The notes under the pieces were generated by a model. It was not told where the DNA came from and did not search any database. It was given only the letters and a program-made list of their open reading frames with translations. DNA of 63,970 nt, the filler included, from Stramenopiles sp. TOSAG23-2 (taxonomy: Eukaryota), in the NCBI GenBank assembly GCA_900128395.1. It is 4 parts of 4 records of this genome, joined end to end, with 100 filler letters (N's around TTAATTAATTAA, not from the genome) between each part and the next. Parts side by side here need not be neighbours in the genome. Positions count along the whole stretch, not along the records: positions 32,288 to 48,280 come from LT649689.1; positions 48,381 to 63,970 come from LT649702.1; 2 more parts are not named here. The stretch is one strand, 5' to 3'. Made by a program: the position numbers and the translations under genes. Shown in pieces: positions 45,301-56,350 of this stretch (positions are counted from its first letter, which is position 1; each line of letters opens with the position of its first letter).

Positions 45301-48280
45301 CGGTTGCAATATAGCAAGCTTCCACCATGGTTGACCACCAATACGTGGTGATCTACCTTTCAGTTCAACTTTGTCCAATTTTTTCTCGTCAGCTAATAAC
45401 ACTGCTAAACGATTTTTCAACGATGCGTTTGCTACTTTACACAATATCAAAAGGTTTTTTTCTTCAACGTGCGACAAACGACATGCGGCAGAGACGTGTG
45501 CGACATTTTTTAAATATCGTTGAAATATAACATTTGTTTCCCACATCATTTCGTTGGAACTATACATAATTGCCAATATCAGCTTCAAGCGTACAGCTTC
45601 TGCATCTGGATGGGAATCAAATTGAGCTCTTTCTTGGATCAAATTAAAAACCCATTTTTCCTCTGGCGTGAACTTCACATCAATCGCACATACTTCAATC
45701 AATCGATAAGCTTCTTCATATTGCCTAGCTAATAATTTTAGTAAAATTAAATATAAGCGACAAGATAATGTCGTCGTTATCAAAAAAGATTTTGATGTAT
45801 GTATTGGTAACATGAAATACCGCCTTTCCATCACTTCTTGCCACGTAGCGGAGCTACGATCAAACACTAGATTAGTCGAGAATGGTATTCCGCGGACAAG
45901 TGGTCGATGCACATCGTGATTACATAATAGTATTTGAAATTCATCTGCTTGATTTTGAAGTAATAAACTATGAGGCAAACCAATTAGATGCTGCAAAATC
46001 GCCTTGCGTTCTAATGATACAGTTCCATCGCTCTCCTCTTCACCGTCAGTTATTGAGTAGTAATCTGTAAGAAACCATTCATCTGCATCTGCTATATGTA
46101 ACCGTATGGAACCGTCAGCATGAGTTTTTTGAGAAAATCTTAACTTTAAACGAGGTAGTTCAATCAATACTATTTTCATAGTATCATTATCACCTTCCTC
46201 GCCCCAGACTAAAATGTGAGAAATGTCTTCAATTCTAGTCAATGTATTTCTTAAATTAGTAAGAGTTTCATTTTTTGCATTTTTAGGGTCGAGCAAATCT
46301 ACTAAAACCATGACGTCTTTCTCTTTTTCATCCTCGTCCATTACAATATCCACATCTACATCATCAGTCTTGACTTCTGAGGAAGAATTATTGTTTGGAA
46401 GAAACGACTCTCTGTTTTCCTGTGAAAGCCATATACGCGATAATTCTAAGGCATTATCTTCTCCACGAAACATATTTAATGCATATTCTGCAAGTTTATC
46501 TTTATGTCCTTCGCTTACAAGGATATCGACTTTGTCCGTAAAAGAACTAGTACGTTTTAATGGAGGAGCACTAAGACTATTATTGTTATTATTATTATTT
46601 GCCTCCTCACTTATGTTGACAGCACTGATAATGCTTGCGTTGCCTTCGTCAAACAACCATGCGGCTGCACGTTCAGGATCTGATGCATTACGTTTCAATG
46701 CAAGCTTAGCAGATGCTGGTGTAAATCCCAAATTAATCAATTGTAAGAGCGAATTTTCGTTCTCATCGCTTGCTTCATCCGCATTGCGTCCAAGTGAACT
46801 TTGCCTTAACAATGACACAGCAGTCTTAGCTTTCTGTGACATGCCTGCACTTTCCTTGGCTGATTTTTGTGCAGACCGAGAAATCTTTGCATTCAATATT
46901 TGGCTTTTGTCATCATTTAATTCAACTTTTACGTCAAAATTAAACCACTGAGACACTTCATCAAGTGCTTCCCCACTTAAACAATTCTTTTCGTCTTGCC
47001 AAAACCTAAACGCTTCCAGAAGAACTGTTGGTACGACACCCTGAAGTAACCTTGCAGGAATGTACGTCTCGCGTCCTCCATGTTTCTCATTTTGTCGCAT
47101 AATTACTAGAGACCCAGATGGTTTTCTGTAGTCTTTTAAATCCCCTGCGCTATATTGTACCTCCTTTGGAACTGGTCCACTTTGTGCACCTACTTTGACT
47201 GGTAAAGAATGATAAGAAAATCTGGAGTCAGACGTATATATCAAACTTCTATATGCTCTTCTTCCATGTGGTATTAAATTGAATATATGAACCACCGGAG
47301 GTGATTTTATAACTTGAACTTCCTTCCAAGTCATATTACCTTTATCCGCATTTGCACACCCTACCAATCGTACCATATCGCAGGCTTCATCGTACGGATC
47401 ATTTGGTAACATCAACTTGTATTTCATAGGTTTTTGAGGTGGAAATTCTACTAAAATAGCAGATTTCAATAGATCAACGAACCATTTCTCACTTTCATGT
47501 TCGTGGGGCTTTTCTGAATATGGATCAAATTCACGAGTATAATCAGTCTCCATATATTTTGCCGGCAATGGTTCAGGAGGACCTTCTTGTCCCCCACCTT
47601 GCTTTTGCCCTCCCCCTCCGCCACCACCATTACCTCCATTATTTACTATTGCATTATTTATTATTGCACCAGGTCTCGGCGTACCACAAACATTACAAGT
47701 TGCTCCACCCTCATTGAGCATTGTACATGCGGGACATGACCAAAATAAAGGTTGATGTACTTCTGCTACAATTTTCGTCGGCATTCCAATCCCTTGATCA
47801 TCCTTGTCTGGTTCATCCCATTCAGCAAGATCGCAATTTTTTCCAACTATATGTACCCATAAGCGATGTTCTTCTCTACGCACAATACCACAATGCAAGG
47901 GCTCTCTTCCAAATAAGGAATCGTAATCATTGTACTGTACCATGCTGTCTGGTACTGGCCTTAACTCATCATTACGCCAAAGTACTTCAGCTGATTGAAT
48001 ATCAAATTTCAATTCAATGCTATCTGCAACATAATTACCAACACCTTGACCTTTCCAGCCATCAAATTCGAAAGTCTTATTTTTAAGCGCTATTGCCATG
48101 ATCCTATTCAATGCGCGATCTAACTTGCCTGCATCACAGCTTGTAAACCATTGAACAACAGAGCGACGTTTATGTTGCAACATTAATAACAACGCTGCTT
48201 CTGGTAGCTCAGCTGGTGGTAATTTATTTTTATCAAGTTGTCTCTTAAGCAGATAGGGGTGTGGATCGGAGGTAGGGTTC
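39340..48280 (-). CDS. Giant DUF3638/DUF3645 P-loop protein with RanBP2-type Zn fingers and UBA domains; 5'-partial (>2970 aa)
   Basis: QMIMGAGKTTVVGPLL, LIMDEVD and MAVPFVGKDVPSRSSEFAHPDV; WxCxxCTxxN fingers; UBA-like LLQLINLGFTPASAKLAL; frame stays open to the contig edge. Confidence 0.85.
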
Positions 48281-48380
48281 NNNNNNNNNNNNNNNNNNNN
48301 NNNNNNNNNNNNNNNNNNNNNNNNTTAATTAATTAANNNNNNNNNNNNNNNNNNNNNNNNNNNNNNNNNNNNNNNNNNNN
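48281..48380. other. Artificial contig spacer
   Basis: N44-TTAATTAATTAA-N44. Confidence 0.98.
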
Positions 48381-48516
48381 TATCATGTGATCGATTAAAT
48401 GGCGTGACGCAAAAATTTCATTTGTAGAGAGAGAGAGAGAGAGAGGAGTGTGTGTGGTGGTGGTGGTAGTAGTAGTAGTAAATCTTCAAATATATATATA
48501 CGTAATATAAATGATG

Positions 48517-48717
48517 TGGTTAAAAAATCTAAGTTATAATTAATTTTACACTTCTTGTGTTAAGTAATATGCTCAATACTCAATCGCAAGAATAATATGC
48601 TATCCTACTACGTATATGAGTAAGAGCTCTAATGCACCCTCTGCAAACTAATACGATCGTACTCTACAAGCACAAGTAGGTTTCTATCCTTCCGTGCGCA
48701 CTCGTTGAACGCGCTGG
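48517..48717 (+). repeat. Dispersed repeat family B, copy 2
   Basis: Aligns with 23757-23943 with small indels. Confidence 0.9.
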
Positions 48718-49110
48718 TATAATATATATACGAATATACCGTATTATAATATAATTAAAATTATTAAATGCACGCGTATTTTAATTTTTTATTCCTATCT
48801 ATACTTAAGTAAATCTTCATATATATATATATATAAAATGTTCTCTTACTCATATATATTATATACTCTTCGTATAAATTTCTTTTACTCCCGTTCATTA
48901 ACATCTCAAATCAAAAATGATTTATAAAGTTTAGTAAAAATTATTTAGTATTCAAAAGATTGTTCCTCTGTCTGTGATTCAGAGTTAGACGAAAGAGCTA
49001 CTCCTTCATAAAGTTGTAAATCACATTGTTTAAATCTTCATATATATATATATATAAAATATTAAAAATATTAACTATTAAATGCATGCGTAAATTAATT
49101 TTTTATTTCC

Positions 49111-49635
49111 CTAACCAATTGGAATACTGTCATCTGCCTCACACGAACCATCATACAAGCACTCAGGTACACAGTTATCATACAAGACACATTTTTTGCA
49201 GTCTTTGACTGTCATGCTATATGCAATCGTACGAGCTGATGGATCTGCTTTCACATCTGGTATAGGTATATTTCTCTCGTAATCCCATCTTTGGCTGGTT
49301 CTTTCCCAGATATTTCCATTCTCTCCCCCAGGACGAGATGCTTCATCATATAAACCGGACAATGATAGACATTGGGGCATGCAACCAGACGTTAAGCCTA
49401 AAAATATTGTACAATCATCGATAAATTGTGCAGCCGGCTCCTTGGCATCACAATCATCTTCTTCATCCCCCGCAACTTCCTCCTTCACAACAATATCATT
49501 CCTCCCACCACTACCTCCTTCTGGTTTTACCAAGTTAGAATCAATAAGAATACATTCTAACACCCATGTTTCCATATCAATAGTATTATGTTCATCCTCT
49601 TCATCTAATAAACTTATTGTTTCAACTATTTCCAT
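49111..49635 (-). CDS. Hypothetical acidic, Cys-containing protein (exon boundaries uncertain)
   Basis: 174-aa ORF with coding-like composition; no recognised domain. Confidence 0.45.
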   Translation of the reverse strand: MEIVETISLLDEEDEHNTIDMETWVLECILIDSNLVKPEGGSGGRNDIVVKEEVAGDEEDDCDAKEPAAQFIDDCTIFLGLTSGCMPQCLSLSGLYDEASRPGGENGNIWERTSQRWDYERNIPIPDVKADPSARTIAYSMTVKDCKKCVLYDNCVPECLYDGSCEADDSIPIG

Positions 49636-50229
49636 TTCATCGCCAAAATCAATATCATCATTATCATCTTCAGCTAGGTGTGAGATGATATGTGCATGTA
49701 CATCGATGATGGAAAAGTGGAAATTTGATAGTATTAAATATTAATAAATACCATGTATTACTATGTAATACCATATACATTCCGAATTTCTTTTCAACAA
49801 GTACAAACATTTTGTATTCATAGATGTTGCAAGTTTACCTAGTTCAATCAATCATTGATCATTGATGACATTTTTTAACATTTGAATATACGAGTGCAGT
49901 AGTATACTAATACTGTAAGCTATTATAGCTTATCTACAATAGTGCTGGAGTGTGGTGATAATACCACACTGGTAAACTGGTAATTTTTAATTTGCAGCAG
50001 AGAGGAAAAAAAGAGCACTTCTTCTTTAATAGCACTTCGTATTTTCCCCGACTTCTTATTATATATTTACTGGTGATGTGATGGTATGCAACGTAGTCGT
50101 TCATGTGCTCGTCGTCTTTTGATTGAATAAATATACAATATAATGTACAAACAATTGTGATACTCAATACATAAGCTACAATCTATTGTATATATGACAA
50201 ATAAATCATAATAATCATCGTATTATATC

Positions 50230-53200
50230 ATGGAGGAACCACCTGATGAATATGTCCGTTTACATGATTTTCATACTGGTAATTTCATTATATGTACAAA
50301 TGGTAAAAATTTAAAAGATTTCCAATGGTTACAACAGTTTCAAAACGTAAATGTAGAAAAGACTCGTAATGGTTTAAAATATGCGATCAACGTTGCTGAC
50401 GATTGCGTCCCATATCTAGACGATACAAAAACATTTTCCCATGACGATATGGTTGGAGCGGAAGAGCTAAAATCGCAGAAAAGACTCGTAATGGTTTAAA
50501 ATATGCGATCAACGTTGCTGACGATTGCGTCCCATATCTAGACGATACAAAAACATTTTCCCATGACGATATGGTTGGAGCGGAAGAGCTAAAATCGCGT
50601 TGCAAAACAATTGTTCAATATAGTACATATATGCATATTTTTTTAGGGTCAAACGCTGGAAATTTTATTATATCATGTTTAAGAGGAAGGTCACGTTCAC
50701 CTTGTGTTATTTTATGTTTTTTGATTCTCTTTCGAGGTTTTAATACAGAAAGAGGTATAGAATACTTGACAAAAGCATTTCGCGACCAACGACCAACTAT
50801 GGCACGATCTAGTAGCAACGATTCGAAAAATTTTCCAAATTTAAGACGATATTTAAATATATTTTCATATTTAGAAAATTTAAAACATAATGTATTATTA
50901 TCATTGAATAGTCGTAGTAGTAGTAGTAATAATAATAATGATCAACAAAATAATGATAATAATAATAATAATGGTGTTGAAGATTATAATAATAATAATA
51001 ATAATAATTGGTTATTAAATACCATTACAACGGTTTGGGATAAAATATGCATAGCAATGCCCCATATGAAAAATAATAAAAATTATATACCACCAATGGT
51101 ATGTTTGCAACAAAAATTTGAAGAATTATGGAATGTATCGAAAAAAATCAAATTGCTTGAAGATTTGAGGAAAGACCATCCACATTTACCAGAAACAAGT
51201 GTATTTACAATTCCAGAAAATCTGATTGGATCATCTTATAATAATAATATATTTAATACCTTTCATGAATCAGGAATATCATTTATGCGTTTAGGCAATG
51301 ATATTAAAAGAAGAAGAGTTGCACCACAAGTATATACAATAACCGATATTGGGGAAAATAATAATGAAAATACATCAATATCCAAAGTAAAAGTAAAAGC
51401 AAAACCTCAAATTCGTACAGCATTGACCCCATTGTTGCGTAATAAAATTATAAAACCTGGAAAGGAAAAGTTATATTTTCAAGTGGAAGGCAATATTTAT
51501 AAAGCAGATATTATGAAAGATGGTCGAATTGTATATAATAGACCGTCAAAGAAAAGAAAACGTTTCAAAGGCCCAAGGGGTTTGATAACATATATATACG
51601 GAAAGTTTCATCAATCAAAAAAAACAGATGTTGGTAGCATGGACCCTTGGGCAGTAATAAAATACATTGACAAGGATATTATTACGAATAATGATGATAC
51701 TATTACTACTACTACTGCTAGTAATAATAATAATAATAATAATAATAATAGCAACATTATGAACGACAAGGATATTATTATGAATAATGATGATACTATT
51801 ACTACTACTACTGCTAGTAATAATAATAATAATAATAATAATAATAGCAACATTATGAACGACAAGGATATTATTATGAATAATGATGATACTATTACTA
51901 CTACTACTGCTAGTAATAATAATAATAATAATAATAATAGCAACATTATGAACAATAATAATAGCAACATTATGAACAATAATAATAGCAACATTATGAA
52001 CAATAATAATAGCAACATTATGAACAATAATAATAATAATATAAAAGATGGAGCAAGAATAATGATGAATATGTCCCCGCAAAGCAGCCAAACGAACGAA
52101 GAAATAATGGCAACAACAACTACTAGTAATATTGCTGTTGCTGTTGCTAATACTACTACTGCTAATACTACTACTACTACCACCACCACCCCCACCACAA
52201 CGACGATGACGACATCACAATCACTACCAACAACAACAAATAAAGATATACACACACAAGCATTGTATTATTCTTTACGTGAATTAAAATTTGAAAGTCA
52301 AAATGTAGAAAATCAAATGAAGAGAAAGGCACAAAAACAACAACGTACAAAAAAAAGGAAACTTGGTGTCGTTAGTAGAACTGCTATTACTACTTCTAAC
52401 AATAATAACAAGAAGATTCATCGGAGAAAGGGTAAAAAATTGAAAGTAATACGTCCTAAAGTAGGTGGTAGAAGACGAAAAAGTCGGTATAGTTTAGCTA
52501 AAGTAATACGTCCTAAAGTAGGTGGTAGAAGACGAAAAAGTCGGTATAGTTTAGCTGTCAAAGAGGAAACTATAAAACGTTTTAGAGAATTTTACGCAGA
52601 CAATGATTTTCAAACGCACGATACTTTTCCAAACAGCAAACTACCGCTTCCTGGGATGTATATGTATTTAACGCTTCGAGGATCATTTGTGGAGTCAAAA
52701 ATCAAAACGAAACATACAGCATCAAAGTTTTCAGATGTCTATTGGTTTTTCCACAATAAAAAAACTGGCATGACAACACGATGTAGATCAACCGTTGAAG
52801 TAAAGAAATATTTTGCTTCAAAACATCGTGATTTGTTGAAAGATGATGCAGGAATTAAAACCATGTTTAATGCAGTTGCCTGTATGAAATTGAAATGTTG
52901 TCTAGTACATGTAAATGGATCACCTCGACCACCGCATCCATATGATGTCAATTATGAAATTGAACTAGAAAAATATAAGAAATTACAAAGTGAAAGATTG
53001 AAAAAAGACCTCGACCACCGCATCCATATGATGTCAATTATGAAATTGAACTAGAAAAATATAAGAAATTACAAAGTGAAAGATTGAAAAAAGAGGAAAA
53101 TATGACTAGTACTAATAATGCAACTGCTGCTGTTGCTGCTGCTATTATTACTGCTACTACTACTGGTGGTACTACTACTACTACTACTGGTGGTGGTACT

Positions 53201-54724
53201 TCTACTACTGGTGGTGGTACTACTACTACTGGTGGTACTACTACTACTATTGCCACCTCTACAACAACAACAACGTCTTCTAATACCAATACTAATGTAG
53301 ATCAGAAAATGTTAAAAATGGAAAAAGAAGAGGAATTACAAATGGAAGAAAGAAGTAATTTGGATGATACTACTACTAGTGGTGATAACAAAATGTCAAC
53401 AACAAAAGCTTCAAGAAAAACCTTAGAAAAACTTAGAAAGCAACATGATAAAGAATATCATTCTGCCGTATCGAAATATCTTGTAGAATTAAATACAAAC
53501 GAATTGAGGAGTTTAAAAGTGAACGATTTTGTATATGCATTTTATCCTGGATCAGAATTATCTGATAGAAAATATAGCCGATTTAAAATCTTGGCAGATT
53601 TGACAAATTGCAACAAGAAAAAACAATTAAAAAGTTCGCATAAACGAAATTGGGGATTGAAACTTTTATGGGAACCAGACTTCCCACACTCACAAACAAA
53701 TAAAACTCCATTTAAAATTAGTATGATAAGGCCTGCAAAATTAAGACCAGGATATAACCACTTGCCATCATTAAAAGAGTTAATGCATCATCACGATAAA
53801 GATATATTAGTTCATGATGATTTGAATGGTGGGACATCCATTGCATCGGTAAATAATATTCGACAAGCTTTGTTGCCAAAATACATTGAACAACAACAAA
53901 AACAAGATGTTTCTGCTAAGATTACGCAAGAATTGCAAGTCTCACTATCAAAAAAAAGAAATGGTTCCTATATTGATAATAATAATAATAAGAATGATTA
54001 TAATAATGATAATAATAAAAATGATTACAATAATATAAAATCAAATAATCATAATAATAATTTGAGTGATAAAAACAATACCAATAACGAAAAACAATAC
54101 GACAGCGGGGGATCATCTTCAGCTGAAATTGATGCTATTTTATCAAGAACGGATAGTTTATTTGAGAGCATACCAAATTTAAATAAGTTGGACAAAATTG
54201 AGAAAGAAAAAATGTCTGGATCGGATACAACTACACATACTCCTATTGGAGATATAAATGACAGTGAAGGGGATGATGATGAAGACAACTTGATAAAAGA
54301 TATTGATACTAATGCAGGTTCATTATTACGATCAAAGAAAAACGATGCTAATGATGATAAAATAACGGCAACTGATGTTTTGCAAAATAGCCGTGAATTA
54401 AAAGCTAATGAAGAAGTTCCAAACGATTCATATGTTTATATTATCCAAAATCAAGCAATTGGATGGGAATACGTACAAGTGATTGAATCCAGGGCAAGTA
54501 ATTCTGGTAAACTGTATTTAAAATTGAACTTTAATCGAGAAAATGATGATGGGGAGGAGTCGTTATTAAATGGATATTGGTTTGGTAAAGAGGAACTTTC
54601 ATTACGCGTCCCTTTAATTACAATTACAGATCCAGATGGTCCTGCGTTAGGTTCAATTTTTCCATCAATCGTCGGGATTGTACCAGAAGATTTTATAGCT
54701 AGGAAAGGTCGATGTAGTCAATAG
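50230..54724 (+). CDS. Single multidomain gene of about 1430 aa once duplications are collapsed: dual-specificity phosphatase + RAMA-like + MBD-like + Tudor-like domains
   Basis: ORFs 50230-50499, 50571-53054 and 53084-54724 join in frame when the exact 122-nt and 86-nt duplications are removed; CX5R motif SCLRGRSRS; domain motifs are given in the findings. Confidence 0.7.
50355..50598 (+). repeat. Exact 122-nt tandem duplication (frameshifting)
   Basis: 50355-50476 = 50477-50598. Confidence 0.93.
51669..52025 (+). repeat. In-frame coding tandem repeats (three ~96-nt units, then 24-nt units)
   Basis: DKDIIMNNDDTITTTTASN...SNIMN three times, then NNNSNIMN units. Confidence 0.85.
52443..52556 (+). 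repeat. Exact 57-nt tandem duplication (in frame)
   Basis: KVIRPKVGGRRRKSRYSLA twice. Confidence 0.9.
52922..53093 (+). repeat. Exact 86-nt tandem duplication (frameshifting)
   Basis: 52922-53007 = 53008-53093. Confidence 0.93.
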
Positions 54725-55117
54725 TGTTTTTCTAGAATATTTTGGAACATGAACTCTTTTTAAGTTGTTGTTTGCTTCATGAAAATTTTTAAATAATTTT
54801 TTTTCTCCTGTATTTTATTTCAATTTTTTTTACTATTTCTTATTCGTATTATTATTTTTCGATATCTGATATAGAGAGTGATGACTTGTTAGACTAAGAC
54901 TGCACCTGCACAACCAAAAGCCAGAAGGGAGAAAAAAGTAAGCTGGTAAGCTACCAGGTAAAAGGTGGTGCTATAAAGAAGAAATCTTCTGCACTTCTCC
55001 CTGAAGAAATCAAACCACCTGGCAAATCAAAAAGTATATTTAATAGAACTAAATTAATCATAGTAGTGTGAAAAAGATGTTGTATAGTTAGTTCATTTTT
55101 TTGTTTTCTTACAGAAA

Positions 55118-55349
55118 ACAAGAATTTACAACAATGACGTCTATGACAACACCACCTCGTACACGAAAACAACCGTTGCGGCTGGCATTGCGGACGGATA
55201 TATTGACACCGAAAGCAATATTAATGAAACATCACAAGAATTTACAACAATGACGTCTATGACAACACCACCTCGTACACGAAAACAACCGTTGCGGCTG
55301 GCATTGCGGACGGATATATTGACACCGAAAGCAATATTAATGAAACATC
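55118..55349 (+). repeat. Exact 116-nt tandem duplication spanning the NMNAT-like start
   Basis: 55118-55233 = 55234-55349; ATG at 55134 and 55250. Confidence 0.92.
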
Positions 55350-56086
55350 TTGATGAACAATTTAAGAAAAATGAAAATAATAATAATAATAATAAGAATT
55401 CAATAACACCAATTGTATTGTATACTTGTGGTTCCCTGTGTCCAGTTCATTTGCAACATGTTGCTTTGCAAGAAATGGCAAAAGAATATTTGGAAAAACA
55501 TTATAATTTAAAAGTTGTCGGTGGTTTCTTAGCTACTTCAAATGATCTTTATGTTGGACAAAAATATAAAATGTCTGGTCGTCTTGAGTCATATTTAAAT
55601 TGGAGTCAACGTTCTGAGTTAATTGATTTAGCACTTGAAAACCATCCCTTTCTTTGTCAAGATAAATGGGACGGAGAAGAGCAACCTCGTTTTCAAGAAT
55701 ATTTCATGGCACAAAAGCATCTTCAAGACCATCTTAATACTTGGTGCAAAGAGCAAAATTACCCGAAAATCCGCGTATTAGCTGTTCATGGAGCAGATCT
55801 TGTAAACAAATGTAATATAAATGAATGGTTTCCAACAGAAGGATTAGGCTGTGTTTGCATCGAAAGACCTCCAAATAAATTGCCTTCTGCTAATCCAGAT
55901 AAATATTTCTTTTCCATGCCATTACCTACTGAATATAAAAATCGACAAGGGGATAATATGAGTATATCATCAACACGAGTACAAGAACTTTTAAGAGGTG
56001 ATGTGAGAAAAGAAGGCGAAGTATCTGTACAGGAAATGTTGCATCCAAAAGTATTAGAGAAATTATGTCAATTGTGGAATTTGTGA
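55250..56086 (+). CDS. Nicotinamide/nicotinate mononucleotide adenylyltransferase-like (HxGH-type nucleotidyltransferase)
   Basis: GSLCPVHLQH (GSFxPxHxxH), VVGGFL, GADL and ISSTRV. Confidence 0.8.
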   Translation: MTSMTTPPRTRKQPLRLALRTDILTPKAILMKHLDEQFKKNENNNNNNKNSITPIVLYTCGSLCPVHLQHVALQEMAKEYLEKHYNLKVVGGFLATSNDLYVGQKYKMSGRLESYLNWSQRSELIDLALENHPFLCQDKWDGEEQPRFQEYFMAQKHLQDHLNTWCKEQNYPKIRVLAVHGADLVNKCNINEWFPTEGLGCVCIERPPNKLPSANPDKYFFSMPLPTEYKNRQGDNMSISSTRVQELLRGDVRKEGEVSVQEMLHPKVLEKLCQLWNL

Positions 56087-56161
56087 AGTGAAGTATCTGT
56101 ACAGGAAATGTTGCATCCAAAAGTATTAGAGAAATTATGTCAATTGTGGAATTTGTGAAGT
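56018..56161 (+). repeat. Exact 72-nt tandem duplication spanning the NMNAT-like stop
   Basis: 56018-56089 = 56090-56161. Confidence 0.92.
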
Positions 56162-56350
56162 GTGTATGATATACATATGATATAATATATATATATGTAA
56201 AAAGGGAGTGTTGGCCACACAGCTGCTGGCCTTATCTAGATTTAGATTATCGCTGCTATCTACGTATATTAGTTGCTAAATAACACATGCCAGTTTTAAT
56301 ATTTTAATATTTTTTGGTTACGAATATCACAAAACCTTCCACCCACTCCC

